Source: Hemiscyllium ocellatum | Lineage: Eukaryota | Direction of reading: 5' to 3' | NCBI RefSeq assembly: GCF_020745735.1 | Contig: NC_083407.1 | Coordinates: 48,289,857-48,353,856 of the forward strand | DNA: 64,000 nucleotides | Shown: piece by piece, positions 12,400 through 25,415 of the stretch | How the letters are laid out: the number at the start of each line of letters is the position of its first letter | Numbering within the stretch: position 1 is the stretch's first letter | Position numbers and translations under genes: made by a program | Notes under the pieces: model-generated | What the model was told of the DNA's origin: nothing | Databases searched by the model: none | Seen by the model: only the letters and a program-made list of their open reading frames with translations

Positions 12400-13119
12400 C
12401 ACTTTTCCCTGCCACCATAGGAACTGTAAAACCTGTGCCCACACCTCCTCCCTCACCTCTATCCAAGGCCCTAAAGGAGCTTTCCACATCCATCAAAGTT
12501 TTACCTGCACATCATTTATTGTATCCGTTGCTCCCGATGCGGTCTCCTTTACATTGGGGAGACTAGGCGCCTCCTAGCAGAGCGCTTTAGGGAACATCTC
12601 CGGGACACCCGCACCAATCAACCACACCACCCCGTGGTCCAATGTTTCAATTCCCCCTCCGAGGGATATGGAGGTCCTGGGCCTCCTTCACCGCCGCTCC
12701 CTCACCACCTGACGCCTGGAGAAAGAACGCGTCATCTTCCGCCTTGGAACACTTCAACCCCAGGGCATCAATGTGGACTTCAACAGCTTCCTCATTTCCC
12801 CTTCCCCCACCTCATCCTAGTTTCAAACTTCCAGCTCAGCACTGTCCCCATGACTTGTCCGGACTTGTCCGACATGCCTATCTCCTTTTCCACCTATCCA
12901 CTCCACCCTCTCCTCCCTGACCTATCACCTTCATCCCCTCCCCCACTCACCCATTGTACTCTATGCTACACTCTCCCCACCCCCACCTTCCCCTAGCTTA
13001 TCTCTCCACACTTCTGGCTCACTGCCTTTATTCCTGATGAAAGGCTTTTGCCCGAAACATCGATTTCGCTGCTCTTTGGATGTTGCCTGAACTGCTGTGC
13101 TCTTCCAGCACCACTGATC
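12400..13119 (+). mobile_element. PLE family A (Neptune-like) 3' fragment nested inside PLE-B
   Basis: 14-bp TSD CAGAGAACACAGGG at 12386-12399 and 13120-13133. Encodes CKTCAH..GPKGAFHIHQSFTC..IYCIRCSRCGLLYIGET. HHR remnant at 13030-13065. Confidence 0.93.
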
Positions 13120-13365
13120 CAGAGAACACAGGGGGCCAACACCTTCAACATATTGTCTAGCTATCAGCATTGTTAGCAGCTAACCGGAGAATGCAACTTT
13201 AAAAAGAAGGGTTTTGTGATTTACACATGAAAGAAGTGAAACTATCACTGTATTCTAACAGATGAAAGGCTTAACAGACAATCAATGTTTCAATGTATAA
13301 TTTCAGTAACATCACACTGCAAATTTTTGCTATAAATTCTATGTTACGATCGAGCCCTCCACAAT

Positions 13366-13400
13366 CACCTGATGAAGGAGCATCGCTCCGAAAGCTAGTG
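13366..13400 (+). ncRNA. Minimal type I hammerhead ribozyme, family B, core intact
   Basis: Stem I CAC/GTG; core CTGATGA plus extra A; stem II GGAGC-ATC-GCTCC; GAAA; palindromic helix III AGCT. Predicted cleavage after CUA (13397). Confidence 0.85.
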
Positions 13401-13978
13401 TGCTTCCAATTAAACCTGTTGGACTATAACCTGGTGTTGTGTGATTTTTAACTGGTTTCATCAAGGGGACGTCATGCCTGACAAATTTGTTAGACTTCTC
13501 TGAGGAGGTAACAGGCAGGTTAGACAAAGGACAGCCAATGGATGTTATCTATCTGGACTTCCAGAATGCCTTTGATAAGGTGCCACACAGGAGTCTACTG
13601 AATAAGATAAGGGCCCATGGTGTTACAAGCAAGGTGTTAACATGAATAGAAGATTGGCTGACTGGCAGAAATTAGAGAGTGGGAATAAAGGATGCTTCTC
13701 AGGATGGTAGCTAATGGTAGCATTCTGGCTAATTTTGCAGATGAGACAAAGATAGATGGAGGGGCAGGTAGTATTGAGAAGGTGGGGAAGCTCCAGACAG
13801 TTTTAGGCAGGTTAGGTAAGTGGGCAACGATGTCGCAGCTGGAATACAACTTGGACAGAGGCAGAGACTACTTTCTAAGTATGGCGAAAATTCAGAAATC
13901 TTAGGTGCAGAGGGACATTGGAATCCTAGTCCATGATTCTCTTAATGTTACCTTGTAGGTTGAGTCAGTAGTTAGGAA

Positions 13979-15518
13979 AAAGTGACGACTGCAGATGCTG
14001 GAGATCAGAGCTGAAAAAGGTGTTGCTGAAAAGTGCAGCAGGTCAGGCAGCATCCAAGGAGCAGGAGAAATGACGTTTCGGGCATAAGCCCTTCTTCAGG
14101 AATGAGGAGGGTGTGCCAAGCAGGTAGGGAGGAGGGGCATTGGGAATGCAATAGATGGAAGGAGGTTAAGGTGAGGGTGATAGGCCAGAGAGGTCAGGAA
14201 GAAGATTGCAGGTCAAGAAGGTGGTGCTGAGTCCGAGGGTTGGGATTGAGATAAGGTGGGGGGAGGGGAAATGAGAAAGCTGGAGAAATCTGCATTCATC
14301 CCTTGTGGTTGGAGGGTTCCAAGGTGGAAGATGAGGTGCTCTTCCTCCAGGCGTCGTGTTGCCATGGTCTGGCGATGGAGGAGGCCAAGGACCTGCATGT
14401 TAAAGTGTTCAGCCACGGGGCGGTTGGGTTGGTTGGTGCGGGTGTCCCTGAGGTGTTCTCTGAAACATTCCGCAAGTAGGCGGCCCGTCTCCCCAATGTA
14501 TAGGAGGCCACATTGGGTGCAGCGGATGCAATAAATGATGTGTGTGGAGTTGCAGGTGAATTTGTGGCGGATATGGAAGGATCCCTTGGGGCCTTGGAGG
14601 GAAGTAAGGGGGGAGGTGTGGGCGCACGTTTTGCATTTCTTGCGGTTTCAGGGGAAGATGCCAGGAATGGAGGTTGGGTTGGTGGAGGGTGTGGACCTGA
14701 CGAGGGAGTCACGGAGGGAGTGGTCTTTCCGGAATGCTGATAGGGAGGGGAGTGAAATATATCCTTGGTGGTGGCATCTGTTTGGAGGTGGCGGAAATGA
14801 CGAAGGATGATGCAATGTATCTGGAGGTTGGTAGGTGAGGACCAGTGGGGTTCTGTCCTGGTGGCGATTGGAGGGGCGGGGTTCAAGGGCGGAGGAGCGG
14901 GAAGTGGAGGCGATGCGGTGGAGGGCATCGTCAACCACGTCTGAGGGGAAATTGCCCTGCAACTGCATGAAATGCAAAACTTGCGCCACACCTCCCCCCT
15001 CACTTCCCTCTGGGACACCCGCACCAACTAACCCAACTGCCCCGCGGCTGAACACTTTAACTCCCCCTCCCATTCCGCCAAGGACATGCAGGACCTTGGA
15101 CTCCTCCATCGCCAGACCATGGCAACACGATGCCTGGAGGAAGAGCGCCTCATCTTCTGCTTAGGTACCCTCCAACCACAAGGGATTAATGTAGATTTCT
15201 CCACCTTCCTCATTTCCCCTCCCCTCACCTTTTCTCAGTCCCAACCCTTGGACTCAGCACTGCCTTCTTGACCTGCAATTTTCTTCCCGACCTCTCCGCC
15301 CCCAACCCCTCTCCGGCCTATCACCCTCACCTTGACCTCCTTCCACCTATCGCATTCCCAATGCCCCTCCTCCAAGTTCCTCCTCCTTACCTTTTATCTT
15401 AGCCTGCTTGGCACACCCTCCCCATTCCTGAAGAAGGGCTTATGCCCGAAACGTTGATTCTCCTGCTCCTTTGATGCTGTCTGACCTGCTGCGTTTTTCC
15501 AGCAACACATTTTTCAGC
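13979..15518. mobile_element. PLE family A inverted insertion (minus arm about 13979-14953, plus arm about 14954-15518)
   Basis: 14-bp TSD TCAGTAGTTAGGAA at 13965-13978 and 15519-15532. GIY-YIG coding remnants on both strands. HHR at 14070-14103 (-) and 15424-15459 (+). Confidence 0.93.
15424..15459 (+). ncRNA. Minimal type I hammerhead ribozyme, family A
   Basis: ATTC-CTGAAGA-A-GGGC-TTAT-GCCC-GAAA-CG-TT-GATT; GUU triplet, weak stem I. Confidence 0.7.
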
Positions 15519-16067
15519 TCAGTAGTTAGGAAGGTAAATACAATGATGGCATTTATTTCAAGAGGATTAGAATATAAAAGGAGGAATGTAGTTCTGACGC
15601 TTTGCAAAGTTCTGGTCAGACCACATTTAGAATACTGTGAGCAATTTTAGGCCCATATCTCAAGAAAGATGTATTGCCCCTGTAGTGTGTTCAGAGGAGA
15701 TTCACGAGAATGAAAGGCTTAACGTATGAGGAACATTTGAGAACGGTGGGTCAAAACTCAATTGAGTTAAGAAGGATGAGGGGGGATTTAATTGAAACTT
15801 ACAGAATATTGAAAGGCCTGGATAGAGTGGACGTTGGGAGGATGTTTCCATTAGCAGGAGTAACGAGGACTCAAGGGCACAGTAAAGGGAAGACCCCTTA
15901 GAATGGGGATGAGAAGAAATCTTTTCAGGCAGAGAGTGTTGAATCTATGGAATTCATCACTACAGAAGGATGTGAAGGCCAGGTTATTGAGTATATTTAA
16001 GACAGCGATAGATAGGTTCATGATTGTTAAGGGGATCAAAGGTGATGAGGAGAAAGTGGGAAAATGA

Positions 16068-16781
16068 AACCAAGAAACTCATTATTGACTTTCAACGGAA
16101 TGTTACTCATACCCCCCTACACATTAACTGCACAGAGGTGGAATGAGTGAAAAGTGTCAAGCTCCTGGAAGTGGCCATCAACATCAAGCTTTCTTGGACT
16201 CTTCATGTGGATGCACTGATTACGACGGCCCAACAACATCTCTTATTTCTCAGGCAGCTGAGGAAATTTGGCATGACAGCGAGTACTCTTGCCAAATTTT
16301 ATAGGTGCGTCATCGAGAGCATTCTGTCTTGATGTATCACTACCTGGTATGGTAAATGTACCTTTCAAGGTTGGAGATGGCTACAGAGAGTGGTGAACTC
16401 GGTCCGGACAATCACAAAAGCCAAACTCCCATTCATAGAATCCATCCGATGTCAAGGAAAGGCCGCCAGCGTTCTCAAAGATCCATCCCACTCTGGCAGT
16501 GGTTTGCTACAACCTCTACCATCGGGGAGAAGGTACAGAAGCCTGAACACACACACCAGCCGGTTTCAAAACAGCTATTACCCTACTGTTGTTAGAATAC
16601 TGAATGGACTCACAAACTCTGAGCATTTGCCTGTACCTGTGTCTTTGCTTTTGCTGCTGTTTACCTATTATTTACTTATCTATGCTATTTAGCTATGTGA
16701 CCTGCCTGTATTACTCACAAGACAAAGCTTTTTACTGTGCCTTGGTACACATGACAATAAATTCAATTCAATTCAGTTCAA
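16068..16781 (+). mobile_element. Rex1/Babar-like LINE 3' fragment
   Basis: LSWTLHVD..AQQHLLFLRQLRKFG..FYRCVIESILS and KDPSHSG..LPSGRRYRS..RFQNSYYP. Tail AATAAA(TTCAA)n. Confidence 0.9.
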
Positions 16782-17199
16782 TGGGGTTGAGAAACTTAAC
16801 AGCCATGGTTGAATGGCGGAGCAGATTCAATGGGCTGAATGGCCTAATTTCTGCTCCCATGTCTTATAGGCTTATGACATCCTCGCATATGTTTATGAGG
16901 AATAGATTTATATTCTTTAAAGGAAAAATTAGGATTACTTTATGAGTACATCAGTTCATGAAAGACAGCCTACCTGTTAAACAGTTAGATAACAGTATGA
17001 CATGTGACATTCCAGTATAAATGTCCATTCTTCACCTTTGATGGTCTTCAGTGCAGTATGTAGTTAGTCAGTTTGTCAGCTATATGTAATGTTACAGTCA
17101 TGTAAAGTTGCTGTAACATTAGTAAACTTGGAATGCAGACTGTGTATAAGTCTCGAAACTTAAAACAGTGTAAAGAGTTAGATTTGCTAATAAGTTTCA

Positions 17200-17429
17200 C
17201 GAGTTGAGAGTGTGGTGCTAGAAAAGCACAGTACGTCAGGCAGCATCCGAGGAGCAGGAGAATTGATGTTTTGGGTATAAGCCCTTCATCAGAAATGAGG
17301 CTCATTCCTGATGAAGGGTTATGCCCGAAATGTCGACTCTCCTGTTCCTCGGATGCTGCCTGACTGGCTGTGATTTTCCGGGAGCACATTCTTCAACTCT
17401 GATCTCCAGCATCTGCTGTCCTCACTTTC
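17200..17429. mobile_element. PLE family A inverted terminal cassette with one HHR remnant per strand
   Basis: About 100-bp inverted arms. Degenerate 15-bp TSD TGCTAATAAGTTTCA (17185-17199) / TGCTTATAAATTTCA (17430-17444). Confidence 0.9.
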
Positions 17430-17464
17430 TGCTTATAAATTTCAAGACATCTGTCTCAAATAGA

Positions 17465-17600
17465 AGCCAGTCTTTATGGGATACATTCCTGAGCTAACAC
17501 GCAGGGATGCACTCAGACCACATCATACTGTCAGTGGTCTTGACCCAAGAAACAATATCACTCAGAGCTTGCAATTGCATACAGAGCTATATGCCATTCT
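17465..17600 (+). pseudogene. Decayed FN3-like remnant
   Basis: VFMG (17470), HTVSGLDP (17524-17547) and, after a frameshift, LRACN (17561-17575). Fits the FN3 pattern V+.G...TV.GL.P...Y.+.L.AC. Confidence 0.5.
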
Positions 17601-17986
17601 TTTCAAGGAGTTTGAGCCAATGAGTTAAACTTAGATACATATTTCAATAAAGCAACAGAATGCTGAGTATTTATAATAAGGAGAGATAACAAGCTTCATG
17701 ATGTAATACACTCAATAGGTTAGATTGTAATATCTCCTGTCACATAAATTGCTGTTAAGATTTAATCCGTCAGGTCATAATGCCATCGCTACCACTGGCA
17801 AGTTTGATTTCAATTTTCATTTAAAAACACCAATTTCATCTTTCAAAAGAAAATAGAATGGATTGACTAATTTTGACTTGTTGATATGGAATTGCATAAC
17901 TAAAAAAGATCACATGGAGGAGCTGGAAGAGCCAAATGGCTCCCACCCGTCTCTATTTTTATAAGCTCATTGCATCAAATTCTACC

Positions 17987-18150
17987 AAGCATCTGAGGAG
18001 CAGGATAATCGATGTTTCGGGCATAAGCCCTTCATCAGAACTTAGGCTCATTCCCAATGAAGGGCTTATGTCCGAAACGTCGATTCTCCTGTTCCTTTGC
18101 TGCCTGACTGGCTGTGATTTTCCAGGAGCACTCAAACTATTTAACTCTGC
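17987..18150. mobile_element. PLE family A inverted terminal cassette, degenerate
   Basis: Reverse-complement HHR at 18008-18040 and forward HHR at 18050-18085; no clear TSD. Confidence 0.85.
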
Positions 18151-18577
18151 TCTAGATGCAAGAAACATCATTCAATAAAAGTTCAAGGTGGGTAATTATC
18201 CAAGGCACAATTGAGGAAATTTACACCATAGTTATATCAGAGCATTCCCTGTGCCTTCAGCACTAAATTACCTAGGCCAATTCATATAAAACACCTTCTC
18301 TGCCCTGGAACTGCAAGCTACATGTTAACATTTGACAAACTCTTCATTGTGCACCTTAATGCTCAGTATGGGCAGAACATGGATGGTGAGACAGGGGTGT
18401 TTCAGTGTGAATTATTTTGTTGCAGCTATTTATGTTTATGTTATGATGGAGTAAGTGACCAGTCAGTGGCAGTAACTGAGTTCCTTCAGGTGACTATCTA
18501 ACAACCTCCCTTTCCTTTTTATTCTGAGTACCCTTCATACTGCTCCATCAAGTTCATGCCTCTCTCATTTGCAACAG

Positions 18578-18634
18578 AATGCAGCATACATCAAACAGAT
18601 GACAGACTCATTATTGAACCTGACTTACAGATAG
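18578..18634 (+). pseudogene. Candidate 57-nt phase 1-1 exon, (E)CSIHQTDDRLIIEPDLQI(G)
   Basis: Pyrimidine tract plus CAG acceptor, AG|GTGAGG donor, one open frame; no recognisable homology. Confidence 0.3.
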
Positions 18635-18763
18635 GTGAGGCTATGTACAATGTTCTCACGTTTTAAAAAAAATACTAAATTAGTGTAAAGTCCATACAAC
18701 ATCTTGCCAGTGAAGTAATGCATCCTTTTGATGTTACGAACTAGTGATAGGCCTCAGGAAGTT

Positions 18764-18896
18764 CCTCATTCCTGATGAAGGGCTTATGCCCGAAACATTG
18801 ATTCTCCTGCTCCATGGATGCTGCCTGACTGGCTGTGCTGCTCCAGCACCGCAATCTTGATTCTGATCTCCCCCATCTGCAGTCCTCACTTTCTCC
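18764..18896 (+). mobile_element. PLE family A solo terminus (HHR plus tail)
   Basis: CTGATGA-A-GGGC-TTAT-GCCC-GAAA-CATT; TSD CAGGAA(G/A)TT at 18755-18763 and 18897-18905. Confidence 0.88.
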
Positions 18897-19739
18897 CAGG
18901 AAATTTTTGTTCAGCTTAAAGATGGGTAAGTATTTCTTGACTCATTAGAATTTCTTACTTGATGGTGGCAATTTAACTTTGTACAAATTATAATTACAAA
19001 TTCCCTCTAGTATTATCGTCTCTACCAGCACTACTTTGGCTCCCCACCTCTGCACTTGGCTCCTCACTCTCCATTCTAGCGCTTCACCAAACCTCACCTC
19101 CCAGCACTAGCTTCTTAAAATGCCTCCCGCTGTTGGGCTTCCCATTCAAATGAACACCTGAAGTCACTTCATTTGAATGACTGATACAAACTAAAATCCC
19201 CTGAGAACGTTACAGCCTTTCCTTTTCAATTCAACTGCCATATATAATGGCAGGGCAAGTCTGAAGTTGTGTCAAACCGTCTCTATTGCAGAGCCTCATT
19301 TATTGAGCTTTTATGTTCTTTATGAGCGACCCCACACCTTGCCAGCCCTAAAAGCACCTGAGGTAAATGGGGTTTGTGTGTCAAACTTGATTTCACCTTT
19401 CTGCTCACTTCATGGGAAATGAAGGTGTGACTGTGCATTGTGACTGTCTTCAGCCTTCAATTTCATTCTAGACAATAGCTGTGTGTATTTCAAGAATTGT
19501 TTTTTGAGTATCACACCAGAAACATTATAAGGCAATTAATGCAGTGCCTTTTGATTGCATACAGGATTTTAGAAAGATTTTCAATACAAGCTCTCTGAAC
19601 TACTTAAATATCATTATCCTCCAGGAGTTTACTTGACCTTCACAATCCAACTGCTCCATATACTTCTCTTTTTAAAATGCTCTCATATTTAAAATGGAAG
19701 GCAATTATCTACAAATAGATATTAATGATCTCTAAATCT

Positions 19740-19970
19740 TTCCAACAATGCTTGCTCTATAGTCATGTAACTATTTGTAGCCATATAAAGAATTACAGAC
19801 TTAATTTGAGATTTGATAGTACGAAGTCTGATTTGTAACATTGATTTTTCCATCACTGTTTGTTTGTATTGGTGTCAAACAAACCATTTGTTAAGCTGCC
19901 AGGGTTTTCCACATTGTGTTATGCTTGAAGGATTGTTTCAACACTAGGTGGATCCATGGAGCATCACAAA
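19740..19970 (+). pseudogene. Decayed laminin-type EGF remnant
   Basis: QQCLLYSHVTIC (19743), VCIG (19862) and GFPHCVMLEGLFQH*VDPW (19903-19959) follow the LE order C.C.GH...C / GVC..C / G.HC..C..G++...DP. Confidence 0.45.
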
Positions 19971-20200
19971 TAGTTTTACAGAAAAATCCACAAGGACATA
20001 AAAATAAATACATAGGTTTAAGGATGTATATACACAATGAACTTTCAACAGTTTCAGTGCATTATTTATGGCTATGCTTAGACAGCTGTGGAGTCAGGGT
20101 TGGAGAATGGGATGAGCTGGGAAGCTCTTTCGGGAACTTGTATAGGTCGAATGGCCTTTTTCTCTATTGTAAAAGTCTGTGATTCTATAATTCTATCAAT

Positions 20201-21908
20201 GGGGGGGATACTAAACAAATATTTTACATCAGTGTTTGCTGTAGAAAAGGACATGGAAGATATAGAAAGTAGGGAAATAGATGGTGACATCTTGAAAAAT
20301 GTCAGTATTACAGAGGAGGAAGTGCTGGATATTTTGAAATGCATAAAAGTGGATAAATCCCCAGGACCTGATCAGGTGTACCCGAGAACTCTGTGGGAAG
20401 CTAAAGAAGTGATTACTGGGCGCCTTGCTGAGATATTTGTATCATCGATAGTCACAGGTGAGGTGCCGGAAGACTGCAGGTTGGCAAACATGGTGCCACT
20501 GTTTAAGAAGGGTGGTAAGAACAAATCAGGGAACTATAGACCGGTGAGCCTGACCTCAGTGGTGGGCAAGTTGTTGGAGGAAATCCTGAGGAACAGGATC
20601 TACATGTATTTGGAAAGGCAAGGACTGGATTAGGGATAGTCAGCATGGCTTTGTGCATGGGAAATCATGTCTCACAAACTTGATTGAGTTTTTTGAAGAA
20701 GTAACAAAGAGGATTGATGAGGGCAGAGCAGTAGATGTGATCTATGCGGACTTCAGTAAGGTATTCGACAAGGTTCCCCATGGGAGACTGGTTAGCAAGG
20801 TTAGATCTCATGGAATATAAGGAAAACTAGCCATTTGGATACAGAACTGGCTCAAGGTAGAAGACAGAGGGTGGTGGTGGAGGGTTGTTTTTCAGACTGG
20901 AGGCCCGTGACCAGTGGAGTGCCACAGGATTGGGGCTGGGTCCACTACATTTCACCATTTATATAAATGATTTGGATGTGAGCATAAGAGGTATATTTAG
21001 TAAGTTTGCAGATGACATCAAAATTGAATGTGTAGTGGACAGCAAAGATGGTTACCTCAGATTACAACGGGATCTTGATCAGATGGGCCAATGGGCTGAA
21101 AAGAGGCAGATGGAGTTTACTTTAGATAAATGCGAGGTGCTGCATTTTGAGAAAGCAAATCTTAGCAGGACTTATACACTTAATGGTAAGGTCCTAGGGA
21201 ATGTTGCTGAACAAAAAGACCTTGGAGTGCAGATTCATAGTTCCTTAAAAGTGGAGTCGCAGGTAGATAGGATAGTGAAGAAGGCGTTTGGTATGCTTTC
21301 CTTTATTGGTCAGAGTATTGAGTACAGGAGTTGGGAGGTCATGTTGCTGCTTTACAGGACATTTGTTAGGCCACTGTTGGAATATTGCATGCAATTCAGG
21401 TCTCCTTCCTATTGGAAGGATGTTGTGAAACATGAAAGGGTTCAGAAAAGATTCAAAAGGATGTTGCCAGGGTTGGAGGATTTGACCTATCGGGAAAAGT
21501 TGACTGAGCTGGGGCTGTTTTCCCTGGAGCATCAAAGGCTGAGGGATGACCTTATAGAGGTTTATAAAATCATGAGGGGCATGGATAGGATAAATAGGCA
21601 AAGTCTTTTCCCTGGGTTAGTGAGTCCAGAACTAGAGGACATAGGTTTAGGGTGAGAGGGGAAAGATATAAAAGCGAACTAAGGGGCAACTTTTGCACAC
21701 AGAGGGTGATATGTGTATGGAATGAGCTGCCAGAGGAAGTGGTGGAGGCTAATATGATTGCAACATTTAAAAGGCATATGAATAGAAAGAGTTTGGAGGG
21801 ATATGAGCTGGTTGCTGGCAAGTAGGACTAGATTGGCTTGGGATACCTGGTCAGCATGGACGAGTTGGACCAAAGGGTCTGTTTCCATGTGTACATCTCT
21901 ATGACTAT
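20201..21908 (+). mobile_element. 5'-truncated CR1 LINE with frameshifts
   Basis: ORFs 20088-20633 and 20885-21655 carry [19 protein letters not shown] and RPLLEYC. Tail TCTCTATGACTATCT. Confidence 0.96.
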
Positions 21909-23497
21909 CTAATTTTGACGTTGCAAATTTAAAATAATATTTGTCACAATTTTCGATTTTAAATTCTTTGTGAAGGCTAGATTTTGACTGAAATGATTTA
22001 CCTCAAAAGCTTTAGTAATACCTATACCAAGTCAACAGTAAAAGTTTGAGAAGCTGCTGTACCTTTTTAAATTCTTGTGAAAAATCTGTATAAAAAGTGT
22101 AAATAAATGGCTGGCCGTCAGTGTATGGCAGAAACTCTATTGAATATTTCCAGAAGTGTCATATACATCATTGAAGCCAAATGTTGAATTGAGATTTTAA
22201 ACTTTAAGATAATTATTTGCTGCTTTTTTGATATTTGTTCTTCATTGTACACAACGATCTCAAAACTGAAACCATCAAAATCATTGGCCAGAGATTTGGC
22301 TGACCACCTCAGAACTTTGACAAAGACAATGGCAGCTATTGAAACTGTGTAACTGGAATGATAAAGGTAGTTGCTGAAGAATTAAATTCAACCTCAACAA
22401 GTTTATCATATGTTGTTTGAAGATTTCATGATATGAAGAAAGAACTTAAGAGTGTTTGAGATATGCCAGATTTCAAGGCAAATTAGTAATTTTTTTTACA
22501 CATTAAGTGCCATGGAGGTCACTCACAAATAAAAAAAACATCGATTTTATTAACAGTTCTCAGGCATTCTTGGTGATGTACTTGAATAAAGTGGCTTTAT
22601 GCTCATAAATTATGCAAAAGGTAAATTTTAATAATGAACACATTATTAATTTAGTTTCTATACACTTGAATGTTTCCCTAACATGTACATTATTTAGGAC
22701 AAATACTTGCTTCTCACTACAATCTATTGTCATTCTAAGATCAGTAATGGATGACAGCAAATGAAAGCAGGGAAAAAAAATGTCAGAACAAAGAAACACA
22801 GCGAATTGGAATGGGAGAACAACGAAAACAATCTTTTTTAGTAGCACAGAAATTCTAAACTGCTTCACAGAGACGCCATCACAGACAAGGGTATTATCAG
22901 GTTCAGAAGATAAATAAAATTAAGGAGACAGTGTTATGAAGGAGGGATAGGGAAAAAGAAGTCTGAATTGAAACATTTCTTGCATTCATGCAAGCAAGAA
23001 TATGTCAAAGGATCACGTTTAGTCTTAAGCAACAGAAAGCAGAGAACGTTTACGGGAAATCAGAGTGTCCTTAACCTGTGTTTCTGCAAGGAGCATCAAT
23101 ATTAAGATCACTCTCCATTTCATTCTGAATTTATCAAATAGTGATTAAATTGATAAAGCATTTGAAAAGTCCAGGAAGGCAACCAGGTCATTTGAAAGTT
23201 GCCTTCTCATGAATGAGATCTTTACTCTAACACTCATCTTAATTAATACTTGATTTAGGTTCATCTTTGATGCATATTTGTTCATCTTGAGCTAGGATCA
23301 CCTGGGTAAAAGGGACGAATGGCCCAGTCAAAGAAATTGGCACATCTTATTACTGACAGTTGTTCCACTTAGTTAATCAACTTTGGTGCAGCACTGAGGT
23401 AATGTTCATTGTTGTGGATAATTCAATGAGTGTGGAGGAAACATTTGGAAATATGATATTTAAAGAAAAAGATGGCAGTCATTTAGAGAAAAAGTTT

Positions 23498-23711
23498 TTA
23501 GATTATCTACAATGTGGAAACAGGCCATTCGGCCCAACAAGTCCACACCGACCCTCTGAAGAGTAATCACCCAGACCCATTGCCCTCTGACTAATGCTCT
23601 TAACACTATGGGCAATTTGGCATGGCCAATTCATCAAACCGGCACATTTTTGGATTGTGGGAGGAAACCGGAGCATCCAGAGGAAACCTATGCAGACACA
23701 GGGAGAATGTG
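23498..23711 (-). mobile_element. HE1-type V-SINE, 5'-truncated
   Basis: Matches the 3' two-thirds of the full copy at 49720-50027. Confidence 0.88.
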
Positions 23712-25296
23712 TAAGAGGAAACTTCAGTTTGCCAAAGCAAAAGAAAAGTCATAATTTTAATAATCCTCAATTGATTAGGAACAATTGCTTTCATTTTAAA
23801 TTTACTCCACTTCAGTCTAACTGTTTGAATAAGATTATTTAACTAAATGCTCTCCTTTTCTGTTGTAATTACATTTTCAGTACGCTAGAAAAAGTGAGAA
23901 CTGAAAAGTTCCTGTTAAACAAATTGAACTATTTGATTGAAAGCTTACTCACCACATTGGATAAAGGCCAAGCCTCGTACTAACGAAGAGCAAGCCAAAC
24001 ATTACAAACAGGAGGTCGCATAATCTTTGACACTTGGCGTAGTTTGCCATTTTAGCTGCCTGTGAATTAAGAAAACATAGTTTAGATTTTCAATGTCTGA
24101 CCAACATTTGCATGTATTGAATAGGCTACTCTCCAGAAGAGTTCTGAACTAGATCAAAAGTGACTCAGCAATTGATTAATCTGTGTCTAGTGAAAAATAA
24201 TATTACTGTACCAGGATCTTTATATGTGATGGACTCAAAAACTTTGAAATATTTTCTTGTTTAACTAAAATCTATGATTCTTGGTCATACATACAAAGTA
24301 ACTGACATATTGATTTGTGTTAGCTAATTAAGTTCAGTAAAATGAAATAATATAAATGGAATAAGCAGGAAAATCAAGAAATGAGCTTATACATAACACT
24401 TCAAAAGGAGCAATAAGTCAATTTTGTGCTTCAGAACTGACAGACTGATTAATTTATGGTTAATTCCATTTATTGCATAAAATAAGCAACTAACAATCGT
24501 CTTTGAAAATCTATAGACAAAGGATCTCTTTTATGAAATCTATTTAAGTCAAACATAAAAAGAAATCTAGTTGATAAACGAAATCTGCCATCTGTGAATA
24601 AATTTATAAAATAATTACTATCAATTGTGCTGTTTTTGAGGTTTTAGCAGGACAATTTATAATGAGTTCATGGGATGAATCTTCTTTTGGGCTCAGGAAG
24701 AAGCAAACTGTACAATTTTGTGGTTTGTTACCTGTACACCCACCCTATGTGTGATACACATGCTAATTTTTATATTTTTACTCTAGGGTTGGGTTTACTG
24801 GTGTACTTATTCAATAAGGGACCAGTTAGAAGGAACATCTAGGTCCTCCAAACAATGGTCTTGAAATTTCAACTGCTAGATAGTTGCAGAGGTATAGACT
24901 GCAGTTATGTCAGGACCATCTGGAGATCCCAATGCCTGGAAAATTGAAATTTCATTCAGGCAATCAACTTGTATCTAACCTCTGAAAAAATCCCTTAGAG
25001 AAGGATACTTCAGAGGACTCAGACTCTCAACTTTATGGTTACCAGGGAAAGATTACAGGATTAAAAACCTACTCCAACTCTTGCAAAGCTATTAAACCTG
25101 AACCCTTAACTCATCACAGATAGTCCCCAACTAAACCATATTGACCCTCTATGCCCTGACTTGACAATCTTGCCTCCTTACACAACCCATGATCTTGATC
25201 CAAATCCTCTAATCTGACCCCACTAGAACTGACAACTATCCCTGAAAACTCCAAACTAACACACCCTTGTTAAGACCCTGCCTTACTGGACTTGAC

Positions 25297-25415
25297 TAGA
25301 AACAAACAAGCTGCAGATGCTGGAAACCAAAGTAGACAGGCAGGATGCTGGAAGAATACAAGAAGCCAGGCTGCATCAGGCTTGCTGTGTTCTTCCAGCC
25401 TCCTGCCTATTCCAT
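25297..25415. mobile_element. Divergent PLE terminal inverted cassette without HHR
   Basis: 10-bp TSD TGGACTTGAC at 25287-25296 and 25416-25425; CTGCAGATGCTGGA terminus with a partial inverted arm. Confidence 0.7.

Larger units (their letters stand above)
11630..13452 (+). mobile_element. PLE family B (Neptune-like), 5'-truncated: GIY-YIG C-terminus, CA-rich 3' UTR, hammerhead terminus
   Basis: 12-bp TSD TGGTTTCATCAA at 11618-11629 and 13453-13464. Encodes SCDSANIVYLIRCRQGCPEA*YIGET and PVGEHFSGAGHSASDLRVTILQGGL. Confidence 0.92.
11437..16876 (+). mobile_element. Older CR1 LINE split by nested insertions (pieces 11437-11629, 13453-13978, 15519-16067, 16781-16876)
   Basis: Collinear VPEDW..QHGF / SCLTNL..FDKVPH..FADET / RPHLEYC..TFK / 3' UTR pieces rejoin exactly once the TSD-flanked inserts are removed. 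Confidence 0.9.
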
